A stretch of 63,881 nt of DNA, the filler included, from Reclinomonas americana ATCC 50394 (taxonomy: Eukaryota): assembly GCA_048213135.1 (NCBI GenBank). It is 6 parts of 6 records of this genome, joined end to end, with 100 filler letters (N's around TTAATTAATTAA, not from the genome) between each part and the next. Parts side by side here need not be neighbours in the genome. Positions count along the whole stretch, not along the records: positions 1 to 18,120 come from PS015730.1; positions 18,221 to 42,595 come from PS015733.1; 4 more parts are not named here. One strand, written 5' to 3'. A model generated the notes under the pieces. It was not told the origin of the DNA and searched no databases. It saw only the letters and a list, made by a program, of their open reading frames with translations. The position numbers and the translations under genes are program-made. Numbering within the stretch: position 1 is the first letter of the stretch; each line of letters opens with the position of its first letter. Below, piece by piece: positions 12,301 to 23,609 of this stretch.

Positions 12301-13793
12301 CATTGCGGTGTATCTGCTGACGCGCATCGGAAGTGCACTGCTGCGCAACCCGGCCGACGAGTTCGTGCGGGAGCTCTTCTGGAGCAATCAGTGGAGCGAC
12401 GAGGGCGAGGGATTGGTGGCCTCTGGTGCTGGTGAGATCGACGAAAGGTACTTCAGTTTGGTTTATTTTTCCCCCTCGTTCTCACGCTGCTGCGCAGATG
12501 GTGGTACGCTGCGGGAGGCTCTGTGCGGATCGACGCTGGCGCACACCATTCTCAACATTCTGGGAGTGCTGCTCTTCAAGCCGGGATTCACTTGCGATCC
12601 GGGCACGGAGACGGCGCTGGCGTTGCCGCAACCGGCGCTGAACCGTCGCCTCTCGCCGTACTACTTGTGGGAGGTTGGCGTGGTGACGCAACGCGCGGCG
12701 CCCGCGTACGTGGCGCAGTTCGACATTCACCGTACCGAGCTGCTTCAGTGTCTGCTGGCGTTCTGCTCCAGCTCGCTGACGGTGGCGCCGGATCGCATTC
12801 GCGAGTATGCCGATCCGTGGCTCGACTATGTGGTGTCGGCTGATTTCCCGAACTCCGCCAACCTCTTTGTGTCCATGGTCAACATTCTCACCAAGTTCAC
12901 CACGTGGACGGTGCTGCCGTACTCGGGCTCGCTGTGGTACAATCCGCGCGATCGTCTCGTCGGCTTTTGCGTGCAGGTGCNNNNNNNNNNNNNNNNNNNN
13001 NNNNNNNNNNNNNNNNNNNNNNNNNNNNNNNNNNNNNNNNNNNNNNNNNNNNNNNNNNNNNNNNNNNNNNNNNNNNNNNNNNNNNNNNNNNNNNNNNNNN
13101 NNNNNNNNNNNNNNNNNNNNNNNNNNNNNNNNNNNNNNNNNNNNNNNNNNNNNNNNNNNNNNNNNNNNNNNNNNNNNNNNNNNNNNNNNNNNNNNNNNNN
13201 NNNNNNNNNNNNNNNNNNNNNNNNNNNNNNNNNNNNNNNNNNNNNNNNNNNNNNNNNNNNNNNNNNNNNNNNNNNNNNNNNNNNNNNNNNNNNNNNNNNN
13301 NNNNNNNNNNNNNNNNNNNNNNNNNNNNNNNNNNNNNNNNNNNNNNNNNNNNNNNNNNNNNNNNNNNNNNNNNNNNNNNNNNNNNNNNNNNNNNNNNNNN
13401 NNNNNNNNNNNNNNNNNNNNNNNNNNNNNNNNNNNNNNNNNNNNNNNNNNNNNNNNNNNNNNNNNNNNNNNNNNNNNNNNNNNNNNNNNNNNNNNNNNNN
13501 NNNNNNNNNNNNNNNNNNNNNNNNNNNNNNNNNNNNNNNNNNNNNNNNNNNNNNNNNNNNNNNNNNNNNNNNNNNNNNNNNNNNNNNNNNNNNNNNNNNN
13601 NNNNNNNNNNNNNNNNNNNNNNNNNNNNNNNNNNNNNNNNNNNNNNNNNNNNNNNNNNNNNTGCACTGCTGCTTCCTCCTCCCTCTTCACCACCAGCAGC
13701 AGCAGCAGTGAGATCGCCATTCGCGGGAATGTCGCGCTCAAGCAGCGCTGCAAAGTAGTCTTGTGCCTTGGGCTTGGAGCCACCGAGTCCCAT
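9315..13793 (-). CDS. HID1: HID1 domain protein. Its middle contig (11927-12980) is assembled on the opposite strand.
   Basis: N-terminus MGLGGSK (myristoylation-like). Motifs LLFKPGFT, LWEVGV, NIYLEF, TYLPHS, GSHADFVIL, LANMSPF, VQYQYGG, WLAEARGVLSPKLKTIL and TLVGALPVPHPL...WLTAYIWG. Confidence 0.85.
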
Positions 13794-13900
13794 CGCTTGC
13801 TTGCTTCTGGCGCTGTGAGAGGACGGACGGCTGTCGGTGTGACAGATGAGACCGCGAGCGCAGAGAGGTTTGCCTTCTGTGAAAGTGTTGATTGGTGTGA

Positions 13901-16900
13901 ATGCACGCCGAGTTCCTTGCTGTGCGGAGTGCGTGGATCCCGGCGTTGCGGTGTACACTGTCGGTGTTTCGACATCGCGTGTATGGTGAGAGAGAGAGAG
14001 AGCGTGCGCGTGTGTGTGACAAGTCTTGCCATGCTCAACTGCGTGTCTCTCTCTGTGTGAAGGCTATCGCGTGGTTCACTGGTGAGTAACAGGCATCGCA
14101 TGCGTTTCCCTCTGTGTGTGTGCGCGCGTGATCTCATCTGTGTATCGTGCAGTCCGGTGGAGGGACCACTGTGTGGCGCGGTGTTTGTGGTGCCCACCGA
14201 GGCCAGCAATCACAAGGGATTGCCGCACACACTGGAGCACTTGAGTTGCGTGCTGTTCTTCTCCTGTGGAGCTCTCTTCCGTTGTCTGACTGACTGCGAG
14301 TGCGCGTGTGAGCAGTCTTCATGGGCAGCAAGAAGCATCCGCATCGAGGTTATCTCGACAACCTGGCGGTGCTTTGCGGCACGTCGGGCACCAATGCGTG
14401 GACTGCGGAGGACCACACGGCGTACACGATATACACGGCTGGCGCTGATGGTCTGCTCTCTTTTCACTCCTCTCTTCTCTCTTGCCCTGTCTCACCACCC
14501 TCCGTCGACTGTCGGGCAGGCCTGCTGACCATTACGCCAGTGTTCCTCGACCATGTGTTGAACCCGGTGCTCAGCGATCAGGCGTTCACCACGGAGGTGT
14601 ATCATGTCGACGGAGAGGGCCGACAGCAGGGTGTGGTGTTTTGCGAGATGGAGGGACGGTGTGTGCTGTGCGCATGCGTCTCTGGAGAAGAGATATCTGA
14701 TGATGTGCTTTGTCAGTGAGAACACGGAGGACGACCTGCATGAGAACGCGTTGCGCCAGTTGCTGTACCCGAACACCGGCTACGCCTTCGACACTGGTGG
14801 CCTCACGCCCAGCATTGCAACGCTCTCGAACGAGGAGATTCGCGAGTATCATCGGCGCTTCTATCGCCCCGCGAACCTCTCCATCATTGTGTTGGGTGCG
14901 GTGCCGCTTGATGCGTTCTTTGAGTGTCTGTCGACGGTGGACTTTGAGAGCAGCGCGCAGCGGTGCGTCAGCCCCACTGTGCATTTCTTGTGGCGTGGCG
15001 ACTCATTTTTATCGTCGACGAAAAGCAGATCGGCGAGCGACGACTCGGCCGGCAACCCCGGCGTGGCTGCGGCGTGGAGCGCGCCCATCCCACCGGTGGT
15101 GCTGCCGCATGTGGGGTCGCCAGTAGAGTGTCATTTTCCGTCGCAAGGTCACTCGCCACAATCGCGATCACTTTTACGCACACCACGCTCACGAAACGCA
15201 TTGTGTCCGCTGCAGACGAGGAAGTGGGATCGGTGACGTTTGCGTGGCCGGGTCCTCCGCTGCACGACTTGGCCACGCAGATGGCTCTCGAGTGCATGCT
15301 GTGGTATCTGGAGGACACGTCAGCGAGCCCACTCCGACAGGAGTTTGTGGAGTGTGCGAGTCCGATTGCCAACGATGTGTCGTGGCACGTATTCGAGTAT
15401 CCGCAGACCGCATTCAGTGTGTCGTTCAGGTTTGTTCCTTTCTTGTTTGTGGTAGATGGTATGCGCTTTCTGTTTTCGGTCTAGCTCACTCGTAATGCAG
15501 CGGTGTGCGCACCGGCAAGTGTGGCGATGACATTGACTCAAGTCGCGCGAGCGACTGTGAGAGTGACGAAGATGGTTCTGACGAGGGTGGTGGCGGCGCA
15601 ATGTCGGAGGACGACGTTACGCTGGAATCGTACCTGTTGCGTCCACGGCCATGCGTAGCGTGCGTTTCTTCGATTGGTGACACGTTGGTGCCGCACAGCG
15701 AGGGGCAGCGGCTGTACGAACGCTTTGGGGCAGTGCTACGCCGAGTCCGCGACGAGGGTTTCCCCGACGGCGTCATGGCCAAGGCTGTCAGTCGCCTTCG
15801 GTGTGTGTTGGCGGTTGCACGCACACATGCATACTCGCTCCACGTTTCCTGATGTTTCGTTCTGGTACCTCAGCATCAAGCACCTGGAGTCGATGGAAAA
15901 GAGCCCGTTCTCCTCGGCCACCGATATTCTCCTCCCGGAGTTGATCTTCCCCGACGACGTGACCACTCCCAGTTTCGTTGTCGATTGTCGTTTCCCTCAC
16001 CACCCTCGAGTGAGAGAAGGATCTCTCATGCGTCCTGCATTTCCCGCAGTCGGCACTCGCATGGCGAGTGTGGTGGAGCTGTTGGACGACCTCGAGCACC
16101 GGCCGAGCTCGTTCTGGGTGAACTTTTTGGAGACCTGGTTCCTGTCGACTCCGGTACGTGTCTGCGTGCCGCAATCCTTTTGACTCTCTGTATTCTCATC
16201 CCGTGTGGAGTAGCATCAACTAAAGATGATTCCCGACGCTCGGCGCGCGCGCACACTCGAGGAGCACACTGCGGAGCAGGACACTGAGCGGCGAAGTGCT
16301 CTTGGTGCGCTGTCTCGCTTGTGGATGTTCTCCTCCTCTCTCTTATGCATTCCGTGTCTGGCGCAGGTCCGGATGGATTGACTGCATGCGCCGAGCGAGT
16401 GCGCGAGGCACTGGAGCACAACCGGCCGCGCCTCGATTCTTCTGACCTGGAGCGTATTCACTCCCAAGCCGACCGGCGCGCTCATCCCGTGTCGGAACTC
16501 CCGTCACGCGTGCAGGTATGGATCATGCATTTCTCACTGTCTCTTATGCGCGTGAACCGCTCCGCTGACTCGTGCGGTGCAGATGATCGAGGATCCAGCC
16601 AGAGCACCTTTCCCGATCCAGGCAGTGGCACTCGGCACCACACAATTTGTGCATGCGCGAATGCTGTTCCATCTCGGTGATCTGCCCGACCATCTGCGTC
16701 CGTTGCGCACTCTGCATTCTCTCGTCGACCTCCTGCACATGTGTTGATCGTTGTCGTTGTCGTTGTTGTCGCATGACCACCACACAGAGCTCTGGTCCTC
16801 TTCCAGGAGTTGTTCATGGCCTGCGATTTGCGCGATTCCGATGGCGTGACGCTGCCGTACACTGACGCCGTGCGCCAGTTGGCACAAGACGTTGCGGTGT

Positions 16901-17381
16901 ACTGCCTTGCGTGCGTGTTTCGATTTCGCTGACTTGAAGTGTTTGGGTTCGAATAGACGGTTGCACAATCATGCTCTGTTGGTCAGGGTGGTGGCACGTT
17001 TGGGTGCACGCATTTTGGTGAAGTGCTCTTCATGTACTTTACAGCCGAGCCCCGCAAGTGCGTGCTCCTGCTCGAGTACTGTGCTGTGCCCCTCGCTGAT
17101 TGTGTGCTGTTGCGCGTGCAGGATGCAACAATTGCTGTCGTGGATTCAGCGACTGCTGGCCGACACGCACTTTACTCGTGAGCGCGTGCTGACGACGACA
17201 CGGAACTTGCTGTCGACCGTGATCGAGGAGCGCCGCGACGGCGACTCGATGTGCGACGCCGTCGCCACTCTTGTCACGCAGCCGAATCGGGAGTCCTCCA
17301 ACTGTTGTGTATCTCTCCCTCTCTTTATGCATTCACACGCGTGTGCGTCTCTCTCACACCCCATGCGCAGATATCTCTGTC
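13901..17381 (+). CDS. M16 family (insulinase-like, M16C-type) metallopeptidase, partial. It continues on the inverted contig 17723-18120.
   Basis: Inverted zinc motif GLPHTLEHLIFMGS (HxxEH), TNAWTAEDHTAYT, FTTEVYHVDGEG..GVVFCEM, TGGLTPSI, EYHRRFYRPAN and SASPLRQEFVE. Confidence 0.9.
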
Positions 17382-17722
17382 NNNNNNNNNNNNNNNNNNN
17401 NNNNNNNNNNNNNNNNNNNNNNNNNNNNNNNNNNNNNNNNNNNNNNNNNNNNNNNNNNNNNNNNNNNNNNNNNNNNNNNNNNNNNNNNNNNNNNNNNNNN
17501 NNNNNNNNNNNNNNNNNNNNNNNNNNNNNNNNNNNNNNNNNNNNNNNNNNNNNNNNNNNNNNNNNNNNNNNNNNNNNNNNNNNNNNNNNNNNNNNNNNNN
17601 NNNNNNNNNNNNNNNNNNNNNNNNNNNNNNNNNNNNNNNNNNNNNNNNNNNNNNNNNNNNNNNNNNNNNNNNNNNNNNNNNNNNNNNNNNNNNNNNNNNN
17701 NNNNNNNNNNNNNNNNNNNNNN

Positions 17723-18120
17723 AAAGCGTTGAGCTCACCTTGCGGCACAAAGTGTGCGAATACATTGCGAGCAGGCGAAGCGTCGCCAGGCTGCGGTGTG
17801 CCAGCAGTGTGGCGCATGTGTGCGCCACGCAGGGCCTGCACCATACCGTCCGTCATGCTTTCCACTTGCTTCTCATCCGCCGACGCCACTTGCACCATGA
17901 TTCGATTCAAGTCGGTCGTCTGCGCGTCGGCAGCGAGAGATGAGCACGGGGGGGCAACACAATCATCTGTTCAAACACCACGCACCAGGTATCGCAGAAT
18001 CTCCGCCAGATGAGTGCACACTTCGGTGGGCGAATCGTCGGTCTCCATGGCAGCAGAGTCGTCGTCGGCTTCGAGCGCAGCAGCCAGCCGCGCCAGGTAC
18101 GGTTGCTGTCGGAAGATACT
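17723..18120 (-). CDS. Probable continuation of the M16 peptidase on a misoriented contig
   Basis: Begins SIFRQQPYLARL, which plausibly follows the YISV end of the + strand part. Confidence 0.55.
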
Positions 18121-18164
18121 NNNNNNNNNNNNNNNNNNNNNNNNNNNNNNNNNNNNNNNNNNNN

Positions 18165-18176
18165 TTAATTAATTAA
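18165..18176. other. Artificial scaffold linker TTAATTAATTAA between N runs. It also occurs at 42640, 55150, 57480 and 62511.
   Basis: Identical 12-mer with stops in all six frames, flanked by Ns five times. Confidence 0.95.
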
Positions 18177-18220
18177 NNNNNNNNNNNNNNNNNNNNNNNN
18201 NNNNNNNNNNNNNNNNNNNN

Positions 18221-20925
18221 TGCCGAATTGGATTCGGGTTTCGCCGACGCAGCCATTTGCACAGTTGGAGGATACACGGGCAAGCGTGCCGTGGACGACG
18301 GTGAGATGACCACAGACGGTGCTGTGGTGGCGCTCAGCATCGGCCGATCAGTCACATTATCATCGTCACTAACTCCATCATCATCATCATCCACTATCAT
18401 GTCTGCCTCCTCCTCCACAACCTCGAGTGCATCGTCGGGTGCCTGCGGCACTGCAATCAAGTGTCCATTCCTGCCATCCACCGGCTCAATCACTCCCTCC
18501 AGCTCTTCGTCCACATCGCTCAAGCGTGCGTCGTCGTCGTCGCCGTCGTCAGCAACAACCCTGAGACCAGCGTCAACACCACCACCACCACCGCCACCAA
18601 CCACCGCTTCCGGTATCACTTCGTCGTGCAGCTCACTATCCACAACCGGCGTCAAATGTCCCTTCTGCTCATCACCATCCACTGCAAGCTCACTCTCCTC
18701 GACCATGTCTTCACCAGCACCCACGTCCTCCTCAATGTCGTCACCAAGTGGGTCTCGCGCAAATCGCATGATACCCAGCACGTCCTCAGCACTCGCTGTC
18801 CCAGCCACATGGAGCGCAGCAAAACACATCATAACACGACGGTCAATCACGTCCATCGATTCCAGCAGAAAGCGCAACGCATCCAGCGGATCATGAGAGT
18901 GCACAATGCGTTCCAGCTCGCGAACCACCACATCTGCATTCTCCCCTGCCCCCAACCGACGTGTCAATCCACTGCGCAGCAACACTCTGCAAGTGAGCTT
19001 CACGAGACTGACAAAGGAGGTGAATGAGAGAGAAAGAGAGACCTGAGTACGCTGACCAAGGTCAATGGATCGCGGATTTGTAGTGAGCACACTTTGAGGA
19101 CGGTCTCCTGCGGCAACTCGCCATGACAGCGTTCGGCGAACGCGCGGCAATCCTGTGGTGTGAGCTCGCCGATGCGAAAGTGGAAAACAGGTCGATCGTG
19201 CAGACGGCGACTGAGCTCCTTGAAGATGCCGCGTCGCGATGTCACCAACACAATGGGACCAAAGCCGGTGTCCGCAGTATCTGATTCGTCGGCGGCAACA
19301 GCGGGATCGGCTGCATCCCTGGAGCCGGTAGTGAATGTGGTGAGGAGAAATGCAGGAGCAACAACAACAACAATGATAATCGTCCACACACCCTCCATTT
19401 TCACCACCCTCGACATCGTCACCGCCAGCTCCACCACTGCTGCTGCTGCGTCGGCGTTTTGAAGGCGCAGCGGCACTGGTGGGTCGTGAGGGCGCTGGAG
19501 ACGGAGCTGTGCACAGGCGATGAGGCTGTGGTGGACGGAGAGCAACAGGAGCACACTGTGAACCATCGTCCTTGCGTCGCCGTCGATGCATCATCTGCAT
19601 ACTCTTCTCCTCGGCTCTGCGCACGGCGAGAGCCAGTTTGTCGACACCGTCGTCGCGCGCGTACGGCACCACGCGCAGCACCTGCACACAGTCGTGACTG
19701 TTGAATGCACCTCAACAGGAACACGAAACGATTGGAGAATAAACGCGCTACCTGCTGCGCCGAGAAGGCGTTGTCGAGCAGTACCAGGCGCCGCAGTGGG
19801 GCCTCATCAGCGTACAGTACGCGTTGAAATGCATTCAGCACGGCCGTCTCATCCTCGCCCTCCAACTGGTGGGCACGCATCGGGTTGATTTGTTCCAGCA
19901 GCTGCACGGCGGCGTCCATCGAGGGGAGACTCTCGCGCACAGTGGCGTCGCCACGCATGTCGATTTGCACTGCAGTGCCTCGCGTGCCCCATCGCTCGGT
20001 CTCTGGCACATCCTCCGCCTCGCCGTTCTCGTGGAACCACTGACACAACTGGAGAGCCAGGGTGGTCTTGCCGGAGCCAGGCGCTCCCTCGATCACCACC
20101 ACGCAGCCCGCTCGCGCACCGCGCTCACCACCTGTGTGACAAATCAGCACAAAGCAGACGCACACCAGCGCACAGCGTACAGCCGAGAACGCAACTCACG
20201 AGTCCCGCCTGCACTCGCTGCAGGCACCGCTCCAACTCGGTTCGATGCGAAGGGAACAGCCACGGCGGCGGCATAGCCACACGATACACGGGTGGCGGCT
20301 CTTCGGGAACGTGATCTTCCAGCTCTAGCGGCGGTGGCGGTCGCCCATCGTCAACACCACCCTCACCAGGACCACTGCCAGCTTGTGCTCCCTCAGCACC
20401 ATCTATGAAATCGGCGACGGCCGCCGACAGCACAGAGCGCACAGGCATGAAGGAACGCAGAGCGGCATCCTCTTGAAATCGCACGCGATAGCTCTTGTGT
20501 CGGTGCGTGGCGGGATTCTTGAGCGCGGGGCGTGGACCGCTGCTGCTGCTGCGTGCAGCACCGCCACTGCCATCAGCCTGCTTCTTCTTGGCCGACTCGG
20601 CGGCGGCCACGGCGGCGCGCGCGCGTCTCGCGGGTGACGATGATGCGGCGACCGAGGGAGGCGTGGCACCGCGTCGACTGGCAGGCGGCGACGGCGAAGC
20701 ACCGGAGCGTGACGACGCAGACGACGAGGCCACCGACTCGGTGCGTCGTCCACGAGCGGGTGCTGCTGCTGCTGCCGCTGCTCCGGCTGATGCTTTGCTG
20801 CTGCTGTTGCTGGGGCTGTGTTGGGGTGCGCGGCTCGAGGAGGCCGGCGATGAGCTTGATGAGGCAGTGCGCCGGCCACTGCCAGAAGCAGCGGCAGCGG
20901 CTGTCGATCGCTGCTTGGGCGGCAT
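18221..20925 (-). CDS. STAND-class (NB-ARC-like) P-loop NTPase with a disordered N-terminus, 3' truncated
   Basis: Walker A VVVIEGAPGSGKTTLA, Walker B RLVLLDNA, sensor-like IVLVTSRR, followed by an acidic tail. Confidence 0.7.
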
Positions 20926-21049
20926 TGGTAAACTGCAAGGACCAACTTGTCCGACGTCGTCGAGAAGTCCGTCGCAAGAACCACACCACGTTGTCGAGTA
21001 TCTACATATCATCGCATTGTGCTGTACACTTCTTGTTGTCGCATTATTC

Positions 21050-23574
21050 TCACAACTCCTGCGACCGCTGCTGGTGTGCAGCTGGTCGCTGCGGCGGCTT
21101 GACGTGGGCATGACCGCTTCGCGGCGGTCGGCCACCCTTTGGCGGGCTCTGTCGCCGCGCACCCGAGCTGCTCGCATCGCGAGCCGGTACCGACTGCGCG
21201 GCGGTCTTGCTGGAGTTGCCAGCAGTAGTGTCGTCGGCGCTGCGCGTGGAGCGCAGAATGCCGGAGCGAGCAGACGGCGGCAGCTGGAACACGTCGTCGG
21301 GAATGGCGGTGCACGCATCGCTGGCGCAGCTCGGCAGGTTGTCCTTGATGATCTGTGTCAGCGTGCGGGACTGCGCAAAGCTGAGTTCATCGGCCGTGTA
21401 TGCTCCCGGAGCTGTGATGAATAATATCCGTGGTCAGCACGACTTTGAAAAAGTGAACGCTGCGGTTAATATGGCATATACACACCGAGGTAGAAGTAGC
21501 GATCGGCATCGCGCGACTCCTCGAACTGGTGCCACAGCATCCAGCGCTGTGTCCAGCCGAACGGGCTGTTGTCCGCTTCGCCTTCCGACATGAGACCTGC
21601 ATGTTTATCGCGATCAGCAAGAGAACCAAGCAGTGGGAACGAGTGTGTTCACGTGCAACGCACCCATCCACAGGTCGACCAGCTGCACGTTGTCGTACGT
21701 CTTGCCATCTGTGTAATCATACGATGCGCGTAAGCGTTGGAAGACACACGAACACTTGCATCGCAGTGGACGCAACTCTCCGGGTAGAACCGGGTGCCGT
21801 AGGTAGCACGCAGATTGGCGGCGTACGGTGCGCCGCAAGTGGCGGAAGACACATTGCATTGTCCCGGGTTGCCGGGGTAGCAGTCGGTGTCGACCGCGCA
21901 TGTGCAGTGGCCATGGTCGGCGCCGTCGGGCCACACGCAGTTGCCGGTGCCACAGTCGTGGTTGCCCCAGCAATCACGCGGGCCCTCTTGCGTAATCTGC
22001 TCGAACGTCAGCAGGTCGCGCGGGTAGTCGTTGGCCTCCCACCAGCTCGGCAGGCCGTGCTCACGCGCACGCTGAATGTTGAAGGCCGCCAGATCTACCA
22101 GGCGACAAATGTTAGCAGGTGCCTCTTTCCCAGCACGGCGGCACGGTGCTACTCACCAAACACGATTCCGCGATCGCACATCTGGAAGTTGCGCAAGCTG
22201 TTCACCACAAACGTGTCGCTGCACGAAACAAACGAGACATATGAGCCGTGTGCAAGATACACATCGAGGGTGAACTGATACACTAACCGGTCCTGAGCAG
22301 ACGACGTGGCGGCGCCGGCGAGAACCGGACCCACGCCAATGGTTGACACTGGCGAACTGTGAAACAGCAAGGAGCAGGATGAGCACATGATGCAGTATTG
22401 GGGGAAAGTCTCTTCTCAAACACGCAACGAGGCCGCTGACTGCAGAATGGTGGACGCAGTCGAAACGCTGGTGTTGGCAACAGTCGGATATCCAGGCAGG
22501 TTGTTGGCCAGCTTCGCGGTGTCCGACACCAGCGAGTGCAGGCGGAAGGCAGCGTGTGCCCACTCGTTGCGAACGCGAGGATTCATCGAAGTGACACCGG
22601 CGTAGTCGTCGACAAATGACGGCATGGCCTCGCCAGCATCTGGTACGTAGTCGATCCAGAAGACTGTACGAAAATCAGTGAGGTGAGCACAAAGTGTGGA
22701 GTAACCTGCGGAATTGTGCTCCAATCCGAAACGCAACTCTTGCGCAGGAAGTCGACAAACACAATCTTCTGGTACTCGCCAATCAGCAAGTGGCGTGCCT
22801 CCTGGAAGAGCGCCTCATCGTCGGAGAGGTTGAGGGTGGTGCGGAGCGTAAGCAGAGCATCGCCGCAGTTGGCCGGCGCCGTCGTGGCAACATTCAGGCA
22901 GTCGGCAATGCGGTTGTGCTCGCGCAAGAACAGCGTATGCAACGCCAGCAGGTTGAGGTTGTCGCTCACGCGAACGTCGCCCGCCACAAAGTAGTTCGGG
23001 CTGTTGTCCACCGGCTGGTTCGGCAGTCCCATGGTGTTGAGTGGCAGCAGAGGTCCGTCGGGACCGTCGGACGTGAGCATGCGACCGCCGCTCAAGGTGC
23101 GGAGCGCCTTGGAGCGATACACATCGCTGCCGTAGACCATGGAGGCTGTTGGGTGGCAGAATAAGCATCAAACAGTGTTGAAAGAAGCGGATGGCAAGTG
23201 TGCGCACCATCGACAAAGTGAGTGACCTGGTTGCTCTGGTCAGGCATGTCATCCTGCAATGCGGACACAAACGAGAGAATGAGTGCCACCGTGACATACG
23301 CATGGATGCAAACTGCACGAACAACGCAACAGTGGGCTTGTCGAGAAAATCGGTGAATCGGTTGCGTTGCATCGGGATCGACGTTGAGGCGCCATTGCAC
23401 GAGATCGGGTCGCCGGCAGCAATCGGAATGTCTGCACTCTGCGGCAGCGGCACAAACAGGTTCTTGAGAGTGCGCGTCTCCTTGCGTGCCAGATCCATGT
23501 CGTGTGCCACCAGCTGTGCACGCCAGCAGTGTCAGCTCTGCGATCATTGACCAATGTACAAAGGAGCTCGGTCT

Positions 23575-23609
<35 letters not shown>

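Noticed and set aside
11927..12980. Scrambled or trans-spliced genes suggested by opposite-strand gene pieces
   Set aside because: Every strand switch coincides with an N gap, so an assembly artefact is the simpler explanation.
18165..18176. Repeated TTAATTAATTAA as a piggyBac target site or biological motif
   Set aside because: It is always embedded in Ns and has stops in all six frames, so it is a concatenation linker.
21410..21495. Possible C/D snoRNA (GTGATGA...CCGA) on the + strand
   Set aside because: It is the antisense of a peroxidase intron and its 3' splice site, with no proper D box or terminal stem.
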